Positions 38,309 through 48,382 of a DNA stretch of 64,000 bases are shown here, in pieces. Position 1 is the stretch's first letter. Every line of letters begins with the position of its first letter. A program made the position numbers and the translations under genes. The stretch comes from Hormiphora californensis (Eukaryota > Animalia > Ctenophora): assembly GCA_020137815.1 (NCBI GenBank), contig CM035351.1, forward strand, positions 806,001-870,000, written 5' to 3'. The notes beneath the pieces were generated by a model, which had not been told where the DNA came from, made no database searches, and saw only the letters and a list, made by a program, of their open reading frames with translations.

Positions 38309-39465
38309 TCTCTCTCTCTCCTTCTATCCAATTCTATCAGAGATATTTATTCTGGATGCTACCAGATCATCTCTGTGCGTGTATTTGATTATTAGCCGAT
38401 GATTTATTCTTCCATCGTTCCATCATCTCCTTCTTTATCTGACATCTCTTTCTTGGCACCACCACTTTGTGCAACCTGCCATTTCCCCTCATTTCCTTCT
38501 TATCTCTCCCCTTATTTCAAGAAAACTCCCCTGATTTCAGGCGTTCAAGACCCCTACAAATGTGAAGTCCCAATGCAGCAGAAGAACCCCGACCACAGGG
38601 CACGAGGGAGGAGGGAATAGCGGGGGCGGTGGGAAAGTGTTACGGCGGAAGTTGACTACCGAGTTTGAGTGCGTTAAGAAAACAGAGCGCTCCTCCACCT
38701 CCCCTACTTTAGCTAGCCGTTTTCCAGATACAGCAAACACTAGTAGAAACACAGCTGCTAGTAGTTTTACAAAAGGGGGAGGATCTAAAGTTGTGGATTC
38801 CCAGGGGTCTACACAGACACTAAGGACATCCAGAACAGCAAACACCACCCTATCAGACCGGATGATCACCACCAAACAACAGGAACAGCAACAGGAACAG
38901 AAACAACAGAAACAGCAACAGCAACAGAAACAGGAACAACAGGTTGTTATTGATGAGGATGAGGCGATGCTGAGTGGTGATGATGATATGGTGCAGCAGG
39001 CAGTTCAGAGTTACCTAGCCTCCCAACACTCACAGCAACACCTTAACAAGGAGAACGTCTCCCCACCAACTGTAACGGCTCCCTCTCCTAAACCAGTACT
39101 GGCAACATCTACAAATGTCCATCCTCCTGTTCCTGCTCCGGCCCCCGCTCCTCCTGCTGCTGCTCCGGATGATTCTTTTGATTCTGACGACGCGATGATG
39201 GATGACTTTCTGACCGATGAATTTATATCACAACTAAAAGTTCCTGAACCTTCTGTCACCACCGGTTAGTATGTGCTGATGTACATGTGCCCCCTCCAGT
39301 AACACATGTGTTGTATGACGTCATTATTCTGACACTGTTTCTCCCTCTCCCTCAGGTGGAGATAAGCTGCTTCACACGCCGCCGAACAGAACTGACCGTT
39401 CCCCTGAGGAGAGGAAAAGAGCAAGGTTGTCACTGAGCCTGAGAAAGAATAGGACTACCCATTGA
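35848..39465 (+). CDS. Low-complexity multi-exon protein, possibly ETAA1-like; 5' end unresolved
   Basis: AG/GT-bounded exons ~35848-35972 (VGWDMESP), 36109-36207, 37750-37930 (DDFDDDLWDDE), 38541-39264, 39356-39465 (RSPEERKRARL). Confidence 0.5.
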
Positions 39466-39824
39466 CGTGCAATTAGGAATACTGCATGCAGTATACATTA
39501 TACTCTGTGTGTGTGTGAGAGATGCATACTTTGCACTGCAAGCATCTCCTTCTCTCGGCAGTCTACAACGAACAGTCCCCCGCAGCAGCAGCAGCAGAAA
39601 AAGCTCCCCGTGGGACGCGCAGGAACGCGCGCAAGGGACATTTTAAACGAATTCACTATTGTCAGCTTTTAAAATTTCATTTCTCTAAATGTTTTAGCGC
39701 ACACAACCTGTCCGAATGATCTGAACTTCCGACTTTGCAAGTTGCAACCCTCAATGTTCCTCATTTCTCATGATCCACTGACTGCCTTTTAACCCACTTC
39801 TCCTCTATCTGTAGCTCTGAAAAT

Positions 39825-41539
39825 ATGCTGGTCATATGGAGCTATGTCCTCCAGTTTCTAGGTCTGTACTCCACTGATCACTGGAAGCCCCTGGGCCGAC
39901 AAAACCCGGCCGTTCCTGTTGTGGAGATGACAGAGTTTCCCTCTCCAGAGTATTTCTTTAATAACCATGTTATACCGGGCTTACCGGTCGTGTTCAGAGG
40001 GGTGGGGAAGGAATTTCCTGCTTACAAATTGTGGAGCGATGAATACTTCCAGTCGCGTCCAGAAAGGTATTATACTGCTGAAAATTAAGGGGGATATAAT
40101 CTTTAGAAACGTGATAGTTTTCTGATTTTTAATCAACTACCCTTTATAAACCCCTCCTTCCGACAGTGCCTATTGGACGGTAGGGTACGAGTACGGTAAG
40201 AAGGAAACTCGAGAAGGTGCCCAGGAGCCCATTCCCTTTGCCGAATACGTTAAAACTACCGGCAACAAGATTGGTACCTGGTGTCAGGGCTTCCCAAATT
40301 CCTCCGAAAGGATATCCCCGTGTATGGGCCACTAAACTGTGATTTTGTGGTGGAGAATCTGATGGACGATCTGGTTATGTGGTTCAGCAGTGGAGGGACC
40401 AAGAGTGTGTGGCACTTTGATGATTATGAGAATCTAAACTGTCTCATGGCGGGTAAGATAGTATGTTCATCAAATGTTGGGCTGATTCTTGTTATGTTCT
40501 AACCCTCCTTTGCATTTGTAATAGAGGGTCGAAAAAGGCAAGGATCATTTTTTTACATCGAGAAGAGCTTGCTCTGATCTATTGTCATTTCCTAGGAAAG
40601 AAAGAGCTAATTCTAGCGGATCGAACATCAATAGAGGACGGCCACATGCGGGAATTGGGAAGTTATTCTGATGTAGATGTTGATGGAGTAGACCTGGACA
40701 GATTTCCCGGGTTTGCCAATATCAAGTTCTATAACGCAACAATAGAGGCCGGGGATTGTGTTTACATTCCGACGTTCTGGCCTCACGCGGTGAGGTCCTG
40801 GGGTAGAAACATTGCCATCAATGCTTGGTGGGATATCTACAAAAGCCCCATAACTTGTGGAGAGAAGAAATGGGATTCTTTCGAGAACGTTAAACTCATG
40901 TAAGAATGTGCCCCATTGTTTTGTTCAAACCCTTTTTATTTTTCGTGTGGGGCGCGGTGAAACAGCGTCGAGCAAAGCAAGTGCCCCACTGGTTTTTAGT
41001 TGAATGAACCTATCCCAACTAATCACTACTCTTTTCTCAGCACGGATTCTGATATTGGGGGTGGGGGTGAGGACGTGGATCCGAACAACTCCCGGGGTCC
41101 GGTTGAGAACTTCAGGGCTGTCCTGTGGGGTAGCAAACCCTTCCGATATAATGGGGTCATGACCAGAGAGGAGTTTCTCAGTGAATTGAGCAACGTCGGG
41201 GATCAGGTGCTGGAAGAGGTGGAACACGATTTTGATTTGGGTGAGTCTTCATAATTACTGCGCTGGTATTCATGATGTCCTGTCTACTACAGCTTACTTT
41301 ACAACACCCTCTCCCTCCCCCCATTTCTCTCTCTCTCTCTCTCTCTCTAATTTACCCATAACACTCTCTCCCTCCCAGATAACCCTGAGGTGTGGGAAGT
41401 TCTGTTTGACTCCATGGATCTAAATAAAGATGGGATCCTCCAGCCCATTGAACTGGATCTGGTGAAACCTAACAGTCACTTCATGTCTCTCCTGGAGGAG
41501 GCGAGCAGGAGTTTAGACGATGTAAAGGATGAACTTTAG
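39825..41539 (+). CDS. ER-luminal JmjC oxygenase with EF-hand and C-terminal KDEL, paralog 2
   Basis: PVVFRG; WFSSGGTKSVWHFDDYENLNC; GDCVYIPTFWPHAVRS; DLNKDGILQPIE; ends DVKDEL*; one apparent indel ~40255. Confidence 0.85.
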
Positions 41540-41697
41540 AAGCAGTGTTTTTATTTCTATTTAGTTTGCTGGTTTGTTATTATTTTATTGCCAATTGTTT
41601 ATTCTTTTATTGAAATTTGATTCTAATTTTGCGAGAAATAGCGTTTAATATATTTCCAACTCTATCCTCAACAATAATCTTCATTCCTTGTAGAATA

Positions 41698-44027
41698 ATG
41701 CTTTGCAGACGGATAGGACTGGCTTCAAGAGGTTTATGCAGTAGGAGTCTCAGTGATCAGAAACCTGTCCCTCCTCCCTCCTCCGCTGTCCAGGTATTAT
41801 CTCAGTTATGTTCATGTGTTGCCACGTTCGATATGAGTCTCGTGATTATCTCGGTTGTTATTTCTACCTGGCGTGTATAACAGGCACTCTACTCAAGTCT
41901 TAGTTACAATAAAAAATATATCGTGCCTACACATTCCATTGCTGGCAAATTCGGTGGGTTTATCTTACTCAATCTTGATATACTCAGCGCTGCGAATTGC
42001 GATGCCAGCAGAAATGGCAAGATACAATTCCTATTCCTTATTCATACTCTCTCAAACAGTATTAAATTCTCCCCATCTTAGTATTTTGATCCCTCCACCA
42101 CCCCCTTCCTCTCATCTACCCCCTACCCCTCACCTAATGCCTCAACCCCCCTCCTAACCCCCTCAACCCTCCTAACCCACCCCTAATGCCTCAACTCCCC
42201 CTTCCTAACTCCCCTTCCTAATCCCCCTTTCATCTGTGTAGGAATACGTTGATAACGTTACGGCAGGGAAGGACTACTTCTACAACCGGAACCCCCGGAA
42301 CACCGAGTTACTGGGGTACAAACAGAGGGTGTCAGGGTGGACTAGTGACAACGTCTGCACCAACTACTACAATAGGTAGGTACAGGGCAGGAACCGACCG
42401 AAACAAGTAAAAAACAACCAATCAGAACTGGTTATCAGCCAATCAGGGACCAGTATTTCGTGATTAGGTCGGCTCCTGGTACAGGGAGGGGAGGAAGGTT
42501 TAGTGTAGGGTAGTTCAAGTTGAGGGTGTGATTGGGGTAGACAATTTTAAAGTTGAAGAATTTCTGAGAAGTACTGAGTTCATAAAACATGTCATATAAT
42601 GTGTCATATACATAGGCATTCACATATCAGTGTCTTTAATTGTTAAATCCTACTTAACTTACTCTGCCACAAAACACTACATCACCTTCTTAATCACACA
42701 CAAATATCTTGGTGAGCATCATTAATCACACAGAAATATCTTGGTGAGTTTGAGCATCATCTTGAAAAGATTGTCACTGTCCTCTTCTTTATCCTCTGTC
42801 TCCTTACAAAGATACGTCTTGACCGCATCAATCACCATGTCTATCATCTCCTCGGTAATTTCAAATCCTGGGGTGGTCTTTGCCTGCTGTTTGGGTGATG
42901 CTAGTAGAAATATACTGCTGGACAGTAGTAGCAGTAGAACAGGTAGTCGAGGCATACTGAGCTAGAGCAGCTGAGAGAAAACACAAATGATACTGGTGGG
43001 GACGAAATGGTGGGCACACCTGCCCGGGAGGGGGACCAGCCCCACGGGCCAGCGATTATCATACATACTCTCAAACCCAGAGGGAGAGGGTACGGCATTA
43101 AAGGAGGAGTTGGAAAGTGAGAGATGTGGGTTATTGAGTAAGGGGTGTTGGAGGGTCAGGGAAGGGAAACAGTTTGCTCTTCTTAGTTTTACCAGTACTA
43201 TAGGTGCTATGATTGATGTCAATGTAGCGATATAGGACCCCATGACAAAGATAGTTATACTGACCAGATGTTCTATCCATTGTACTTGTAAGAAGGGAGA
43301 ACATATCCATTGTACTACTTCGATAGTAGAGTTTCGAAAGAAAGGGGGAACAAACAAACACACAAACCTTAGTAAAAGATAACACAGATTGTATTCCACA
43401 GGATAGAGTTGGAGAAGACGGGGAAGCACATCACAGCTCGGCTGATACACTTTGAATCAGGAGAGTTATTCACTGTCTCCACCCGTGAACCGTGGATACG
43501 AAAGAGACTCAATAAGACATATGACAGGACTGCCGCACTGAATGTAGGAAGGATCATGGCCGATAGGATGAAGAGATCAGGGATCAATTGTGCTAAATTC
43601 TGGGATCCTCTGGAATCAACCTACTTCTCTGCAAAGGTATGTAGTACATGTAACTACTAACTATGTTCTAATTTCTGTGTTCCATCCCTCTCTACCAAGG
43701 CACTGATCAGAAGTCATGCAACATCTATGATTCATGGGCTTTTGTTTTCACTATCTGTCCCCCTTCCCTGGGGCAGCAACGTCCTATGCGGGTGTTTCCA
43801 AATAGTATTGTAACCTTCTAACCAACTTTTGCCTTGCAGACGGAAGCGTTTATGAGTGGTTTGAAGATGGAGGGGAGTGTCTCCTGACTGAGCCCCTTGT
43901 GTATAAAGTGACATGGGACGTTGCAGAGGATGGGGATAGTGCCCATAACTACATCCAGGACCCGGAATTGTTGTTGGAGTATCTTGAGAAGAAGGCTGCT
44001 GAGAGAAGTGCCATTATGGACCAATGA
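41698..44027 (+). CDS. MRPL18: Mitochondrial ribosomal protein uL18m; exons 41698-41793, 42242-42375, 43402-43636, 43840-44027
   Basis: Arg-rich transit peptide; NRNPRNTELLGY..SGW; KHITARL; VSTREPWIRKRL..DRTAALNVGRIMADRMKRSGI; apparent indel ~43875. Confidence 0.9.
42388..42478. mobile_element. hAT-like MITE, internally deleted copy
   Basis: TIR CAGGAACCGACCGAA; 8-bp TSD GTACAGGG at 42380-42387 and 42479-42486. Confidence 0.9.
42722..42955 (-). CDS. 77-aa secreted protein nested antisense in MRPL18 intron 2
   Basis: Signal peptide MPRLPVLLLLLSSSIFLLA; polypyrimidine-AG ~15 nt upstream of ATG; repeated K(T/I)(Y/F)LC motif. Confidence 0.65.
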   Translation of the reverse strand: MPRLPVLLLLLSSSIFLLASPKQQAKTTPGFEITEEMIDMVIDAVKTYLCKETEDKEEDSDNLFKMMLKLTKIFLCD

Positions 44028-44170
44028 GAGACAAAATATGATCAATAATTTATTACAGTGACATATGTTTTTATACTTGCGAGTTTTGGTAAACAATACA
44101 ATTTCCGTTGCAATTAAAAGTGAGATAATTTCACAATGATCTAACCCAATTTGTTCCAACTCTAGACTTC

Positions 44171-46513
44171 ATGTCTATTTTAAAGCCACTGGCGCTTCCA
44201 GAAAGCACTTGGACAGGGAAACACAGGGGGAGTATACGCTTCCCTGCTTCTCAATCACTCTGGGCTGCCCCTATCGCCCAGGCCATTATCGAGGGAGAGA
44301 AACCTGCCGGATCTATCGCTACACACATATGGAAGGTACTTTTAGTTTCTCTCTGGTGAATTCTAACTGTAGCCCAGTGAATTCTAACTACATTCCTGTG
44401 AATTCTAACTACATTCCAATAAATTCTAACTGCACTGCTCTCATTTCAGACGCACTGTCACTCTGGTGATGCAATGAAGGGAGGTGAACTGATGGAGTAC
44501 ATGCTGATTGAATGTGATAAAGGAAAGGTAAGCATTGACCTGTCCCCTGATCGACCCTTCCAAACCATCCCACATCCTGATTGACAAATTCAAACAACCA
44601 CTTAGATTTTCAAATAATAAGGAGAGTAAACGTTTTCAAATGTATCTCAAACGTCTTCAAAATCGATCTCAAACGTCTTCAAAGTGTATTTAAAACGTTT
44701 TCGAAATGTGTTTCAAACGTTTTCAAACTGGAATGTTTAAACGGTCGATCAACGTTCCTCAAAAGTAAAAGATAGACAAGATCTCGGCCCGCCGAGTACA
44801 CTCTCGTTTATCAAGCCATGGCATCAAAATCAAGAATTACATGCCCTGTTTTGTATCCATATTCCGGGTCGGGTTGTCCATCAAATTCTATCTCCTTGTT
44901 CTTTTGAATAACTCCAGATGGCATCTCAAAAGCCCTGGTCAACCTGAGAAAGGGGAATTAGAGATGTTGATGAAATGTGTTTATGAAGGAGTAACTCAAA
45001 TATGTCTGAAATTTCAGATACTAGATCTCTGTGTACTTACTGGAAAGTGGAAATTGCAATGAAAAGGACAGCAGCGAATACAGTCACACCCTCGACAGTC
45101 TTGATCAGATTCTCATCATCTCTCTTGTCAGAAAGGGTTTCATCGCTGTAGTACAAAGTATCATCGAGTGGAGAGGGAGGAGCGGGATAAAGAGATCTCT
45201 CAGCTTTACGGACATTCTTCTTGTTATCTTGCTGGTCAATGCCATCTTTAGCGGAGTGTTCTTTGTTGGTCCACCTGTGTTTTGCTTTGTCCATGTCTCT
45301 GTACTGTGCCATAAACGTCCTGATCCGCTCTTTCTGGTCCTCAATGGCTCTGCGGGTCTTTTTCCCTTGATCAGATTCATGGGTCATTTCATCATCTCCC
45401 TCCATGGCATCTTCATCATCTTCAAAATAATCTTCAAAGTCGTCTTCTTCATCACCCTCAAAGAAATCTTCAAATTCATCGTCATCAAACAAATCATCTT
45501 CTTCTTCCATTTCCCAATCGTCTGAGTGGCCCGACAAGAAATCTTCCGCCGATTCGGCATCCACACTTGGAGCATTGGAAGCATGGGCCTCAGTGAGTAA
45601 TAACACACAGCCTGATGGTAGGTTAAACGGTGGTAAGGAAGGAGTCATAACAATATGGACAAATTACCTAAACTGATGAAATCTTACCGGTAGTTAGAAG
45701 AAGTAAGAAGACGTTCATTATTGTGTTAGTCGTTTAGAAAGATTGGTCTGGTAGTCTTTAGCGTTAGAATTAACTAGCAAGTTGAAATAGTTGACGGAAC
45801 TGAACACCCAGTGCAGGTGTCAAAACTTTTTGAAACTACTCCTTCATAAAGACAAATATTGCATTGAACATTCTGTCTGAACCAATTTTACCAGCAATCT
45901 TTGTTCATCAGGAGAAGAATGAATACAAACTTAGATTTAGGGGGGGTGACACGTAACACTTTGTAACACTTTGTAACATGTGCAGAAAACTTTTTGTGCA
46001 CGTTACATGTTACAAAGTGTTACAAAGTGTTACAAAGTGTTACAAAGTGTTACAAAATGTTACAAAATGTTACAAAGTGTTACAAAATGTTACAAAGTGT
46101 TACAAAATGTTACAAAATGGGCATTTTTTGTAACATTTTGCAACATTTTGCAACATTTTGTAACACTTTGTAACATTTTGTAACATTTTGTAACACTTTG
46201 TAACACTTTGTAACATGTGCAGAAAATATTTTGTGCACGTTACATGTTACAAAGTGTTACAAAGTGTTACGTGTCACCCCCCCCCCCCCCCCCCCCCCCC
46301 GATTTACCAGCTGTGACCCCCACTCCCCCCCCCCCCCCCCCCTACACCCCTCTCCCTCTAACCCATCTCTCTCCCTCCCAGGTGATAGTAGGTGGAGCAG
46401 CGCAGTATGTGTTGTGTCTATTTGCCCGGGATAACGTTGAGAGTGGAATCCTAACCACCAAGTTCACCGTCCTCCGAGACTTCCTGAAACCTGCCCTCAA
46501 ATCTCTCATGTGA
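44171..46513 (+). CDS. LAMTOR2: Ragulator subunit LAMTOR2 (roadblock fold); exons 44171-44336, 44450-44528, 46382-46513; exon 1 has apparent indels
   Basis: ILKPLAL..GNTGGVYASLLLN..AGSIATHIWK|..YMLIECDKGK|V..YVLCLFARDNVESGILTTKFTVLRDFLKPAL aligns with LAMTOR2. Confidence 0.85.
45037..45718 (-). CDS. Two-exon secreted or GPI-anchored acidic precursor nested antisense in LAMTOR2 intron 2
   Basis: Exon 1 45718-45688 (MNVFLLLLTT, GTAAGA donor) splices in frame to 45611; long D/E tract; KK, RR, RK, KR sites; hydrophobic C-terminus. Confidence 0.75.
45940..46300. mobile_element. Palindromic MITE-like element built from 10-bp TGTTACAAA(G/A) repeats
   Basis: Ends GGGGGGTGACACGTAACACTTTG / CAAAGTGTTACGTGTCACCCC; GATTTA direct repeat at 45934-45939 and 46301-46306. 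Confidence 0.75.
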
Positions 46514-46536
46514 CTTCCTCATAATCCTGCTAGTAA

Positions 46537-47522
46537 GGGACCGGAACCCCATTTTATGCCCTGATTAGGAAATTTTTTTAGACCAGCTAATTCCTTCACC
46601 AATGTGTTCCCAAGGGTCTCCCTTAACACCACAGAAAACCCTAAAATCCGGTGAGCGGTGGAACACCCTCATTTCCGGGTGGGCGTGGTACCTGTATTTT
46701 CAGCCTGAGGCCAAAAACCTAAGTACCCTTAAAATGGGAGTAGAGATAAAATCGAGGGCACCAAAGTGACTAGCGCCCTCGCATTAGTGGGGGTAGGTGC
46801 CGGAATTAAGTCTCTATCTCATCTGGTTAATTAGATAATTGGATAATTAGGTATGCGCATAACCGTTTTTTGGCTATATGGCTATAGCCACTTAGGAATG
46901 GTTTAGAGACTTTTCACTGGTGCCATTTTGTTCAGAAGAAAATTCTAGAGAGAAGTTGTGGAAAAATTTAGGGCCTATCTCTTACCGTTTTGCCGTTATT
47001 TGCGGTAAACGAATGCCAATTAACTCGATTTTTGGCTTTTTCGACTAATTTGGCATTCGTTTACCGCAAATAACGGCAAAACGGTAAGAGATAGGCCCTA
47101 AATTTTTCCACAACTTCTCTCTAGAATTTTCTTCTGAACAAAATGGCACCAGTGAAAAGTCTCTAAACCATTCCTAAGTGGCTATAGCCATATAGCCAAA
47201 AAACGGTTATGCGCATACCTAATTATCCAATTATCTAATTAACCAGATGAGATAGAGACTTAATTCCGGCACCTACCCCCACTAATGCGAGGGCGCTGGT
47301 CACTTTAGTGCCCTCAATTTTATCTCTACTCCCATTTTAAGGGTACTTAGGTTTTTGGCCTCAGGCTGAAAATACAGGTACCACGACCACCCGGAAATGA
47401 GGGTGTTCCACCGCTCACCGGATTTTAGGGTTTTCTGTGGTGTTAAGGGAGACCCTTGGGAACACATTGGTGAAGGAATTAGCTGGTCTAAAAAAATTTC
47501 CTAATCATATGGCTCCGGTCCC
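46537..47522. mobile_element. Near-perfect ~1 kb palindromic element with TAA TSD (PIF/Harbinger-like)
   Basis: GGGACCGGA..TCCGGTCCC termini; TAA at 46534-46536 and 47523-47525; arms ~480 bp with few mismatches; short spacer ~47022-47046. Confidence 0.9.
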
Positions 47523-48003
47523 TAACTATGCTATGTCAAATATAATTGAGAAGATGATGATCAGTGGAATCCGAAACCATTAATAACTTCCCTTCGAATG
47601 ACTCTCCCTGTCGGATCTATTGTACCTGGATGTTTGAATGTCAACTATATTTGCTCCTCTTTCAAGATGTTGATAACTTGAATTTCAAGTTGAGGGACAT
47701 GGTATTATTTTGATGGACTGATAGGTGATAATAGTTTAAGATAATAGATAAGACTTTTTAAGAAATGAAATCTCGTTTAGGAACCGGCTTAGAAAATATA
47801 TATTCCCCATTTTTTTTACGTTGTTTGTGTGATATGTGTGATTGGTAATAATATATTGAGATTTGATTGAAATGTTTTTAACCAACTACAAAGACTGGCT
47901 TTATGGTGATCGCCGCGTACAACACGTACAATTTATAACGTGACAAAATAACACGTATTTCACTCTCTCTCTCACTCCCTCTCTCACTCCCTCTCTCTCG
48001 ATA

Positions 48004-48061
<58 letters not shown>

Positions 48062-48231
48062 GATAGTTTTCTCTTTCTCTCTCTCTCTATCTCCCTCACT
48101 CTATAGTTCACCCTCCCCCTATCTCTCTCAACCTCAAGATCTGTTTGAGTGTAATACTGTGTATATTCGTTAAAAATCATTCAATATTGCATATATTGCG
48201 TTTAGAAATGACTCCACCCTCTCTCTCACCA

Positions 48232-48337
<106 letters not shown>

Positions 48338-48382
48338 CCTCATCACAGGTCTATAGATCTATGTAACAATATGTGTATGGTA

